This document shows, piece after piece, positions 53,196 through 64,000 of a DNA stretch of 64,000 nt. The notes below the pieces were generated by a model that made no database searches, was not told the DNA's origin, and was given only the letters and a program-made list of their open reading frames with translations. The number at the start of each line of letters is the position of its first letter. The stretch's first letter is position 1. The DNA comes from Amphiscolops sp. MND2022. Its lineage: Eukaryota. The stretch lies in contig OZ076409.1 in the NCBI GenBank assembly GCA_964187785.1, forward strand, positions 42,596,001-42,660,000, given 5' to 3'. A program made the translations under genes and the position numbers.

Positions 53196-53499
53196 CGCCC
53201 ATATTGTTGAAAAAAAATTAAAGTGGTCACAATCTGGTCTCGTTCACCTTTGCGAACAATAAGAGATTTGTTGTTCATGTCGTAATTGGAACACTCGTAT
53301 CTCGTTTCATGGTCAAGTGATGTGGAAAGAACACGATTCCTGTGTTACAGAAATATTCATAGAAACTGTCACTTTGAGTGGTCTCAAAAGTATTCTGCGT
53401 TTTAAGAATTGCGAACAAGTTATTGCTAACAACAGAAAGTGCAAAATTTCAATTTGATAATTACAGTCTTTTCAGCTTTTCAAGCACTTTCCGCATGGG

Positions 53500-55030
53500 T
53501 TTGAATCAATAAATTTGAACCGATAAGCAAAAATTTTCTCATGGAAAACCGTTTTTATTCATCATTGCATATTATCAGCGGATTGGGTCATTAAACTTGT
53601 TTCGAAACAGATAAATCACAATACGCTCTCTGAATGCTGAGTTGGCAACCAATCGTTGTCAACCGATGTTTACCGATGCTCCGCCGAAGTTCCACAGGTG
53701 GACCACCGAGGTGACACCTGCAGTTTTTGAAGTGGCCATCGGTGGTCCTTTGATAGTTTCACCGGTGGCCACCGAAAGTTCCACCGGTGGAATCCGGTAA
53801 AAATCAGTATGGCTGGGTTGGCATCCAATCACTGTCCAATTTTCATCGTTTTCCCACCACAATACAGTGATTTTATTTTGTCAGAAAAACTATTTCAGGC
53901 CTTATTCCACCAAAATACAGTGATTTCAGATCTGCGAACTGTTATGTTCCAAATTTGGACTATGGTAATCTGGAAATTAGGCAATTGAACATAAAATTCA
54001 TAAAATCCTACCTATTGAGCGGCTTCAGTAAATGTGGTACCAAAGAGCGTTCTTTATGCTTCATTAAGATAACCCTCTGAAATAACCAAAGGTACAAGAA
54101 CATTGTTCAAAACAAGAGGAAACATGCATTTCAAATGCATGTAACTGAAAAATGATGCCAAGCAAAATAGGTATGATTTCATGGGTAGCCAAAGTAGTTA
54201 TCAGGCCATATTTGCACAAGCATGCGCATCTCTGTTCTATGGGTGTTGTTAGTGCCTTTTTTGGTGATGATCACCAAGACGCTGCGATAATGATAAACCA
54301 GAAAACCTCAGTGGTTATCTGATGGAAAAATGTCGGTTGTTAATTCTACTGAATGAGACTATTACGTCAATTCGTTAGTCAACATCCTTACAGCTGTGCT
54401 TTTCGCTGTCCAATGCAGAGCTGTTTTTTCAGAAAATCTGTTATAAAAGCATTGATTTCCTTTTAATTTTATATAATTGGTACTTCATGTCCACAAATAA
54501 TGCAGAAAAATTAACGATAGTTCAGGCACAACTTAAATTCTAATGAGTATTCCAGATTTTAATGAGTATTCTAATGAGTATTCCAGACGACTGAAAACAA
54601 ATCAAATCTGGTGACCATCTCAAACAACGACCAATTTGAAGGTAATAAAACACTTTTATATACACTTTTTCCATAAACTATACGAAAAAAATATTTGTTA
54701 TAACTTTGATATACATTGCAATAATATAACTTTGATACATTGCTCAATATTTGCATTGTAGCTCACCATATGAGACAACAATTAACAAATTCCTAATTTA
54801 GATGAAAGTTTCCATTGAATTTTGAAACCTTCTGACCATTTATGACCAATTAGAATGTTTTTTGTGTCTGGGAAAAAATAGCAAGAACTACTAAAATAAA
54901 CTCAATCACAATCCAAAAAAGTCAAGGCCTAGTTTCCATGGCAACTTGAGACCATTAGACTTCTATAGAAAATCATTCCATTGCTTGGCAGGCGTTTTGT
55001 TGAATTTATTATAGGTGCATCGTGACTTTT
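53500..55030 (+). pseudogene. Candidate decayed NACHT-like NTPase gene fragment (copy 2)
   Basis: Manual translation: LHIISGLGH.TCFETDKSQYA, then an insertion at about 53640-54187, then KCRLLILLNE, NWYFMSTNNAEKL, ILMSIPDF; collinear with the 56790-58290 remnant. Confidence 0.35.
53655..53818. repeat. TIR-element end with CCACCGGTGG-type sub-terminal palindromes, ending GCTGGG
   Basis: CCACAGGTGG, CCATCGGTGG, CACCGGTGG and CCACCGGTGG motifs, then ATGGCTGGG. Confidence 0.5.
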
Positions 55031-55059
55031 AATAATTGAATTAAATTTATCAGGAGGCG

Positions 55060-56730
55060 TTATTTATGTTCCAGAATTTCAAAATAAAAATATTTATATA
55101 TATAATTAAATAAGCCCCTGAAAAGAACTCCTACAAGCACGAAGGCTTTTCGCGAGGACTCCGTTTTACAACAAAAAGGTTATAGGAAACTGGGTTGTGG
55201 TAGAGATTTGCACTTATTTATTTATTGTAGAGGAGGTCGATCAGTTCACCGTTACAAAAATACATAGATCTGAGATTTGGTGATGGAAGTTTTCAACCTG
55301 TTTTTCATCCATTTCACATATATTTGTTTCGGACAGCAAGACACCCCATTTACGTAAAAGCATTCGTTAGTATTATTGCATGAGCATCTAGCCGATCAGT
55401 TTTTGCAGTGAAGTTCCAAACGTTTAAATTTCTGTTTCTTGTCTGCCTGGATTGAGCCCCAATCTTCAGAGTTTTGAAATCATTTCGAATCTCATTAATA
55501 GAATACCTGAAAACTTCGTAGATATGGTTTTCAAAAACTGTGCCAATATTTAGCTCTTTATATTTTGCCATTACACTAGCCCCTGGAGAGAGTCGCAATT
55601 ATTCTGCTGCAATTAATCACATATTTTGTTTATCACAATCAGTGACGAAATATTTGTTGAAGTCTTCAACATCTATTTCCCCACAATTTTTCACTTGGAT
55701 GTCAGTTCCTTTCATTTTTTTTCAATCTGTCTTAAGAGTTCTTTTGGATTATTTTGCTTAATTTTGTTTTGAACTTCGTTTCGTTTTGCAATTTTAGTCT
55801 CCATTTTGACATCATTTCGTTACTTTTTGTATTTTTCGTGATCTGTTTTTGTTTTGATCTTGTACATATTATCTCTATTAGCTATGTGTCGTTTTATACG
55901 ATTGGTTATCCATGTTTTTTGCAAACGCGTCTTTTTACTTGCTGAAGAGGAAAGTATTTGTCAGTAACTTCATTAAGTAATTGTGCAACTTTATTAAGAT
56001 ATCCTTCGGTTTTTGTGTTTAACTTAACAATTTTCCAATTTACCCGAGAGAATGACCCAAGAAAAGGAGAAACATTTCACAGTAGAGAGGATCCTCTAAT
56101 TTGTTTAGGGATCTAAATTCAAATATGTTTCCTACGACCTCATAGTATATGTTAATATCCAACTTCAAGCTCTAGTGATCGGAGTATGTAGTCTTTACTA
56201 TCTGGAATCGTTGAAAACGAGCGTTGCTGCATATCGAATCTATACATGTACTTGAAGTAGCAGTTTCTCTAGTAGGTTTTCTCAAACTAACCAAATCAAG
56301 TCCTTGTGAAGACATCAAGTACTCTAGCGTTACCCGAGCTGCAAGGGACTCGTTCAAGAGATCAATATTGAAGTCACCACATGCTATTTGTAAACTGTCG
56401 CCATTTTTACCAACACTTCTTCAACGTGTTCTAGATACTGGTTTCTGTTTCTGGAAGGTTCACAGTAGAGAGACTGTGATTTTCTTTTTCTTTTTGGAGT
56501 CAATAATTTTCACTGATACTGACTCATGTATCTCATCAGTGTGTATTAGTTCTGCTTCCAAGTCTAACGTAACATAAATTGCTACTCTTGCACCTCGTCT
56601 TTTACTCCTAGTACTGGTAAATGGTCTGTGGTATCCGTCTATGTTATCTAGTTTCAAATCATTTTTGTTCTTAAACCACGTTTCAATTAGTGCGATAACA
56701 GAAGGTTTTGATTCTGCTAGAGCACCTATG
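55060..56730 (-). mobile_element. Non-LTR retrotransposon (CR1/L2-group-like) remnant: APE endonuclease, linker, ORF2 C-terminus and 3' UTR; RT missing
   Basis: IALIETWF, RRGARVAIYV, ICGDFNIDLL, PTRETATSSTCID, TYSDH; linker containing PIV and W..I motifs; C-terminal LNIGTVFENHIYEVF; 3' UTR stem-loop near 55125-55165 and an AT-rich tail. Confidence 0.82.
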
Positions 56731-56789
56731 TTTGTTGTTACTAATCTTATATTATTCTAGAAAAATATATGCTTGCCGAAAGAAACGAA

Positions 56790-58290
56790 CAAAAGTCACG
56801 ATGCACCTATAATAAGTTCAACAAAACGCCTTCCAAGCAATGGATTTTCCGTTTTGAAACACTTCGTAAACCACATCTTTTTAAAAGGTAATACTGAACA
56901 AATGCCAACAACAACGTTCTGAACATGAATAAAACTTCAAATATCGAATAAGTGTTTCAATTGGTGTCTCAGATTTTAGGCTCTATGAGAAACACGTGAA
57001 TTTGTTCAAGTTGTTGAGCACTGTGGAATCGAATGTTCACAAAAATTGCCAGTTCGTTGGCATCAATTTGCTCATCTGTTTCCATTTAGCAAGTGGCAGC
57101 AAACTGCAAGAAAAAAATCTCAAAGAAATCCTCTGCAATCTGCTTAATGTATTTCAGAACAATTTTATTCTTGAATTGTTTTATGCCACTTTCTCATGTA
57201 CGACTTGGAACTCTCTTCAAAACATGTCTACAATTTTCCGAGAACCATTTCTCATCAAAATAATGATTATAGATCGACGACAGGCAAGAAATACGATCCC
57301 ATGCAATTAGGCCAAATCATTCGATTAGCTTTTCCCCTTCCTCGTGAAAAGTGGAAGTTGAAAACTTGTAGTATCGTATGTCATCATCTGCTGTCTTGAT
57401 GTTCAATTGTTCATTATAAGTTCATCATGTAATTTTAAATATATGAAATGGAGGAACGAAAATGGAGGAACTAACAGCAACGAACATGATTATTTTCTCA
57501 TAAAAAATCCCAAACGTCCAATAGCGACCTTAATTCAATTCAAACAGCTATTTTTTTGTTCCATTTAGAAAGTTGGTCAATGTTAAAACACATTTTGAAC
57601 CAAATTTTCAGCAGAAGAGATTAGAAAAAACTTCCAAAGACTAGAAAAAAATTCATGCAGGAAGTTCGAAGTAATGGCAGAGTGTAGTTTCGCCATTACA
57701 TTTTTTCTCGAAACAGAGCTCCCACAAACGAGTACTTCCGATATCAAGCCATCCAGAATTATGCAACATTCACGACAGCCTAATTACATCAGAAAACGCT
57801 TAGTTGTAAAATGTTTTAAAGATGGTAATGTTGCACGAACTTCTGAGCGATAAAATCCATGCATTTACTTTTTTCCTACATCCCATTTTCAGATAATCGA
57901 ATTATCGAACACGACATTAAATAGACAACCACTGGCCCAAAATGTAAACTCCTGACAATATTGATTCAAATTCATTTCAAGTCCAAATTTAAACTTCATT
58001 CCATTGGTTATTACGACAATTTCGTTAACGTTTTGACCTTGAGGTTGACCAACATGTCAAATATGAATGAAAAATGTTAAAAAATCTTCCATAAAGCTGA
58101 ATTCACGAGGAAGCAAAACAAAATGAAAACATTTGAGGCGGTGTTGCGCTACTATAGTAGACAGTATACTACCATCTCTATACAGAAGTTTTATATACTT
58201 TGATGGCCGAAGTGACCGGTTTGGAAGCCTTTCTACTGGTCGAACAGGATTGTCACCGAATGAGAATATAGTCAAATTTATAGCCAAACA
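56790..58290 (-). pseudogene. Candidate decayed NACHT-like NTPase gene (copy 1)
   Basis: One frame with scattered stops from 58287 to about 57585: EIVVITNG...FWASGCLFNVVF...CCIILDGL...WKFFLISSAENL. After frameshifts: FNIDQL, LLLVPPF, FGLIAWD, SGI, FFLQFAA, matching NACHT/HD1/WH motif order. Confidence 0.5.
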
Positions 58291-58305
58291 TTTTCTTTTC
58301 TACTA

Positions 58306-59263
58306 CCCTAAGTTACAAAAAACACAGCTCTTGCAAAATTCTTACAAGAATTCTTGTAAGATCTTGTAACAAAATGCATTTTTAGAATCTAACTCTTGCA
58401 AAAATCTTGCAAGATTTGCATTTTTCTGCTCAGAATGTTACAAAAAAATGCATACATCCGACAATTTTTTTGCATTTCCTGCCTCAAAAAAATTGAACAG
58501 CTGCAAAAAAAACTATCTGTAGGCGAAAAAAGACACAATTGCCCATATTAGAGCATCTAGATTTTATATTATCGGAATGCCTTATTTGCATCATGAGCAT
58601 TGTTTGATGTTAATGTTGTAAAGCTTTCGCTTACAACATTACAGCCCTGCGTGGTGTCATTGCCTCTAAGAAAGAATTTTCTGGGTTTTTATAGTTTTCA
58701 ATATGACATTGCATAGGTGGTTTTGTAATATTTTTACTGATTTTCTCCATCACAGTAGCTGACAGCAGGTTCGGGTTAGAACCGTTAGAAAGCCCTTGAA
58801 ATGTATTTTCATTTGGTATCATGTTCATATTCCCATCATCATTAGCTGAAGAGTTCTCGGAGTTTTTGTCCGGAGTTTCATAGCTGGAATACGTTATAGT
58901 AATTTCTGGGGTAAAATTGCATGTAAAGTCTTCTTGCTCAAAATTAACAATTTGGACCCTTTTGCTGAGATCGTGGGACAGTTTGTGCATTGTAAACGGC
59001 TACTGTGGCTGTTGTTGCTGGAGTTTGATGATTTTTGAAATTTTGGTCGAAATAACACATCACATTCTTTGTAAGAATTTTTTACCAAAAAAATGCATTT
59101 TTTGCAATAGTGTTATCAGAATCTTGTAAGAAATGTTCGACATTGTAACAAATTTGCAAAGTTTGCGATTCTTGTATAAACTTGTAAGATTCTTGTAAGA
59201 AATGCAAAGTTGACGAGAATTTCGGAAGAATTTTGCAAGATTTGTGATTCTTGTAACCTAGGG
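58306..59263. mobile_element. Non-autonomous TIR DNA transposon (958 bp) with CCC...GGG ends and TA flanks; possibly CMC/EnSpm-like
   Basis: Left CCCTAAGTTACAAAAAACACAGCTCTTGCAAAATTCTT versus right reverse complement CCCTAGGTTACAAGAATCACAAATCTTGCAAAATTCTT; TA on both sides; TCTTGYAAGA arrays at both ends. Confidence 0.85.
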
Positions 59264-59454
59264 TAGCTATTCTATTGGAAAAGCAGAGTAAAGCACCAAC
59301 CGGATTATTCATTATATTGGAATTATTGGTCACATATTCGACGAGAAATTCTTAAACAATTACTTTTTTAAGTTTCGCAAGTAATCAGTACAAAACCGGT
59401 ACATAACCCAAGTGAATAACCTTTTTTGATTGAAAGCGTCCAGTTAATCTCAGC

Positions 59455-60950
59455 GTGTACCGGTGCCCTCTATCACACAAATTCAGTCGGTTTCCGAATT
59501 GAAAATTTGGTGGAAAATTCTAATTCGATGTATGACCTGGCACTGATTGCTTTTTTCGGTTTTTCCGGCATTTTGAATGCAGAACCTGGTTGAGAGCATA
59601 CCAAGCTAAATCACCAGTACGAAATAGCCTTAGAGCTTGTAACGGCAAGCTCTGGTACAGCAATATCAACCGATTTTGCAACTTTGACATGTTCAGAAAT
59701 TTTGTCAAAAATTCTAATCCGATGTGTGACGTGGCACTGAGCATGTGATTGCTCTTTTCGCTGTTTCCACGAAATTGGCAGGTACTTCGACAACAAAGAG
59801 CAAGAACGAGCAAAAACACGGGCGCGCCGCCATGACAGAAGCCAGAGACGGCAAGAACATCCGAATATAGACTCTTTTTGAGGTGCTAACACCGGTTTTA
59901 TCGATTTTCAGCATTATGGTACCCTATGTAGCAGAAACCGGTAAAATGAGTCTTTTCGCTTAATTGTCCTTGTTTGGTGCTTGGAGCCCCTGCGCCCCAG
60001 CTTTTTAGCTGTGTGGTTTGCCATTCCGATGTGTGCTTTGATGTATTTTTGCTGGATTTAGCCGTTTGAACTAGCGCCAGCGCTAGTTTGTGCAATTTTA
60101 GATCTTATTCCCCATTTTAGATGATATTTTTCCGATATCAGGTGGAAGATGGAAATTTACACTGTTTATTCTTGGCACTGTTTTTAAAGGCTGTCTAAAC
60201 GGTGGTCCCAGGCAAAGGGCCGAGACGGATGCCCGTTATTCTCAGCAGTTACAGACTGGGACCAGGCCAGAGAGCGTCCTACAAGACGGTTCCCCTACCT
60301 TGGGACTGGCTCCTTCGGAGGGAAAATGAGCTAGGGCCGCGGAGATCTAGGTCCCAGATTACATTCGCTGTTCTAGTTCCTCCATTCTAAGTTGCGGTTC
60401 AAGCGCCAGCGCTTATCGTTACAGCTCGTAGAAACTGTAAAAACCTCGAGAAAGACACTTTTTTTGTGGTAACACCGGGTTTTTATTGATTCTCAGCATT
60501 CTGTTGCCTTAAGTGGCGAAAACAGGGAAAATTAGTCTTTCTGCCTTAAGATCCTTGTTTGCTACTTGGAGCCCCTGCACACCAGCTTGTAACTTTGTGG
60601 TAACTTTGCCATTTTCATCCGTGCTTTGAGTTTTCACTAGTTCTAGCCGTATTTTTAAGTTCTAGAGCTAGTTTTCGCAATTTTGGATGTTATGTCACCT
60701 GGGAATCAAAATTTACCTTATTCTTGGCATAGTTTATGTACTAGTTCAGCGGTGGTCTTTAGAGAGTCAGGAAGTCGCCCGTTACTATTACCAATCAAAG
60801 ACTAGGACCGGTTGGTAGGTATTGGTCGACGCACCCGCGCCGTCGCGACTTACTTCACCCCTGGAGGCAAAATGGATCAGTGGCGATGGGCGCTTGTCCC
60901 GAGCGATGCACCATTTCTACATGTTCCTCCTCTGTTACCGTGTTAAGCGA
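59455..60950. repeat. Diverged direct repeats, possibly two related LTR remnants
   Basis: 59880-60260 aligns by eye with 60465-60810 (TAACACCGG, TCCTTGTTTG..CTTGGAGCCCCTGC, TTATTCTTGGCA, CGGTGGTC). A further internal repeat AAAATTCTAAT.CGATGT.TGAC.TGGCACTGA occurs at 59514 and 59708. Confidence 0.5.
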
Positions 60951-60954
60951 CCTA

Positions 60955-61800
60955 TCACTGCATGCCCTTAGATAATTTTCACGTAATCTCCCTATTGGCC
61001 GATTGGTTGACGTGCTCTTTTTGATAACGTATATTATCACTTATTATTTTTTACAAGGTAAAGAGATACTTTTCGCTATTTTGTTGAGCTAAGGATTCAG
61101 TTTTTCCATTTCACTAGTCGCAGAATTTCGGTATTGTGGTTGTTACAGGCAAACTTCGATAAGATTGTCTCTATGAGGGGAGTGAAAAGTCCGTTTGATT
61201 AAAGACAACGAGCTTTGATTACGCTGGTGTGGGTTTTTGAATCCAGTTTCGTAAGCTTTTCTGGCTTCATCGATAGGTTTGATTAGATGTGATGCAACAT
61301 CATTTCAATAGTTACAAAATTATAACTGTTTGACGGTCGATGATCAGAAATCTGTTCTTGAACATTAGTAGTAAGAACATTTTTCCAGTTATATTTTATA
61401 ATGCTATTTACACAAACAAAGCATTTTTAGATTTTCCTGTGATTATTTCCGATATTCTATTTTTGGAAATTTTTTCTTATAACGTTACTGACCCATACAA
61501 TGCATTTTCAGGATTTCCAATACAATCCTGTGATCATTTCCAAAATGTTCTATTATCGGTAACTGGCAAATTTTCATTTTTTTTTCATTTTTTTAAACCA
61601 TTACTACAGAAACCACACTTTCAGCACAATTAAGTACAATAACACATTTGAACCCAATACCATTGAATTAATTTAATCTTTAAAATATTTTCTACTGTCC
61701 TTTATGCTAAAGAGGAATGTTCAAATTCTGAATTTCAGAAATTCTGTCCGCAACATCTACCCCTACTGAAGTAATACAGTTGCGCAGAGAAAATTTACTC
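60955..61800 (-). pseudogene. Candidate decayed NACHT-like NTPase gene fragment (copy 3)
   Basis: Manual translation with frameshifts: TVLLQ...HSSLA, FKCVIVLNCAE, FGNDHRIVLE, NWKNVLTTNVQE, FVTIEM, GLFTPLIETIL, IGRL. Confidence 0.4.
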
Positions 61801-62449
61801 AGTGAATATGTATCTCATTATTATTTTTCCAAACTATACCTTGAAGCAGCTGCCTCTGTTTTTGAAGTAGTTACCCGCAAGCCCCGAAAAAAAGACAGTC
61901 TTTTCATCAAACTACTTTCAATTGGTATTTCAGTACCTCTAAAATAACAAACATTTTCCTTTATATTTTTTAACAATGGCTTCTAAAGATCGATTTTTCC
62001 GTACCTTCGTTTTTACCAGCAGCTGCAAACTATGACCTACCGTTTTTTATTTCGAATGTCCTTGTACTGAATAAAAAGTTAATGTTTTCTGCACCATGTA
62101 TGGTTTTTGTACCATTACATGCTGTATGTGCATTATGGCAGTGCTTTTACAGTGTTGGGTTTCTCCGAAGCTCTCGCAATAAGTTTCAATGACTTCGGAA
62201 CTCCGAAACTCTCAATATTATGGCTTCGTGTAAGATTGCCTTCGCTTCCGTTATTGAGACCTTTTTCACCTCAATATGAGTTAAATAGATTAAGAGAACA
62301 GTGAAACAATAATCCTGTCACTTGGTTCGACTGATGTAGTTCCAATTATCTTGTTGGTCTTTGGTATCAAACTAACAGCTACCTACATTTGTTAGCTATT
62401 CTTATCTATCATGAACGTAACCAGGTAGAAAATATTGAGTGAATTCTCA

Positions 62450-62973
62450 TTTTTAGTCGGCGCATTTTAGTAGAAAATGTGCCCGACTCTTACAGTGGGT
62501 AGTTTTTATTTTTATTTTTTTAGACGCGTAAGGTCCACTTTTTTGTTCATTTGTTCAACAACTTGAACTATGGAGGTTCAAAACAATCGAACCTCAGAAG
62601 CACGTCCAAATCGAAAAGATAAAACAAAACACGTCCAGAACCTCGAAAACACACTAAGGATCCCACCTTAGCCCCACTTTTTTCGGCACTATGCGACATT
62701 CTTGGAAATTTTTTAGATTGCACCAAAGGGTCCCCCTTTCATTTCTTTCGATATTTTGCAACACAATGGATGTCAAAAAATCCCAAAGGGTCCCCTTTTA
62801 CATTTTTCGGCAATGTGACACTGTTCAAAAATCACTTTTTTCAAAATTTTTTGGGAAATTTTTTAAAGTCACCAAAGGGTCCCCCCTTCAATTTTCATAT
62901 TTTGCAACCAGCTGGAGTTTCACAAAGCCCGAAGGCCCCCCCCCCCTTTAACAATTTTGAGCCTTAGATATAG
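62450..62973 (+). mobile_element. HINE-like element copy E (3' subTIR lost)
   Basis: TTTTTAGTCGGCGCATTTT...AAAATGTGCCCGACT 5' hairpin, three AAAGGGTCCCC cores, ends GAGCCTTAGATATAG. Confidence 0.75.
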
Positions 62974-62989
62974 GCTTCGACAGTTGTTT

Positions 62990-63520
62990 GCCGGGATTTT
63001 TTTAAAATTTTGGTTTCAAGTCAATTGTGACTACATCGTCTAAAATCTTTCAAACGTTTACCTCCGAGATCTGTTCCTTGAAAATGGCTACGAGTTTATC
63101 CATTTAACCTCACCAGATTAGTAAGCGAACTGCCAATTTTGTTGATTTTATCAGGAGTATCAAAGAAATGGAATAGTGTACGTATTCCACCACTGTCGTA
63201 GTTTTCTTCCGAGCTTGACTGTCTTCGTTCACATCCAGATTTTGCGTTCAGTAAGGTCTCAGTATTTAATGTACGTTTCATTGAATTCGCTTTTTGGGAT
63301 TGAGGTAACCGGAGAAACCCGGAGGTAACAGGAGAAACCCGGAGGACACCGGGTAATTGGTTAGATTTTTAACCTCTTTTTATCAGTTTGGTGCTTCAAT
63401 TTTGTTTCTTCGTCCTTTGTTGACTTGTTCAACGTTTCATACTCGCATGCGGATTTTTAAAAAATTTTGCTTTCAAGTCAAATGTGACTACATCGTCAAA
63501 ACTGTTTCGAACGTTTCGTC
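62990..63520 (+). repeat. About 65-bp diverged direct repeat (62992-63059 and 63451-63516) with a 20-bp tandem repeat between them (63302-63345)
   Basis: TTTCAAGTCAA.TGTGACTACATCGTC occurs twice; GAGGTAAC.GGAGAAACCCG occurs twice. Confidence 0.7.
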
Positions 63521-64000
63521 GACCTGATCCAGACTTTAATTGCTATCGGTAGCGTGAATTACGCTTTTCTGTCGATATTACCAATCAGATAGCCTTTGAA
63601 AAAGACGGTAGTGGCAAAGGTAAATTTCTTCATCACAGGACATGCTAATTTGACACGGTAATTGGTAATTTACGGCATAATTAACATAGCTAGGCAACAA
63701 TTAGCAGGGAACACAAGCACGGATGCTTGCTTAAGCAAACTGACTCATTTTAAGTCATTGCAACAGTTAATAGCAATTTGCTAAAGAAAGCGAAGGTTGA
63801 AACGCTAGTCCGTATTGGCGTAATGAGCAGTATTGAGTCTATTTTCTGGCGTGTTTCGCACATTCTCGGTTCGCTCTTTTTCCGTCTTCGTTTTATGGGT
63901 CTGCTATTCGCACTGTGTCGCTGTAGGCTTTTTAATTCAGCTGGCAGGTCTTTTTTAATGACACGAAAGCGATCGGCGGAATATAACCAAAATCGTCAAA

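Overview
This is AT-rich eukaryotic (animal-like) DNA made almost entirely of nested, decayed transposons. I found no intact host gene, rRNA, tRNA or CRISPR array. Main contents: (1) a structurally complete BEL/Pao LTR retrotransposon at 44220-52323, with near-identical LTRs, a GAATC TSD, a tRNA-His-like PBS and a disrupted gag-pol. (2) Three decayed Ty3/Gypsy elements (179-6232 minus; about 12600-15690 plus; 32273-39468 plus, with both LTRs and three internal insertions), plus an LTR-PBS-gag stub. (3) At least five copies of a non-autonomous element with DINE-1/Helentron-like architecture, one with a 9 x 22-bp amplification of its sub-terminal inverted repeat. (4) Several MITE-like TIR elements carrying sub-terminal motif arrays. 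(5) A LINE remnant that keeps its endonuclease but lacks RT. The most notable observation, missed by the ORF track, is three stop-ridden reading frames at about 53.5-61.8 kb. Their motif order resembles NACHT (NLR/STAND) NTPase domains, suggesting a decayed immune-receptor-like gene cluster. All family assignments come from reading motifs by eye and need HMM or database confirmation.
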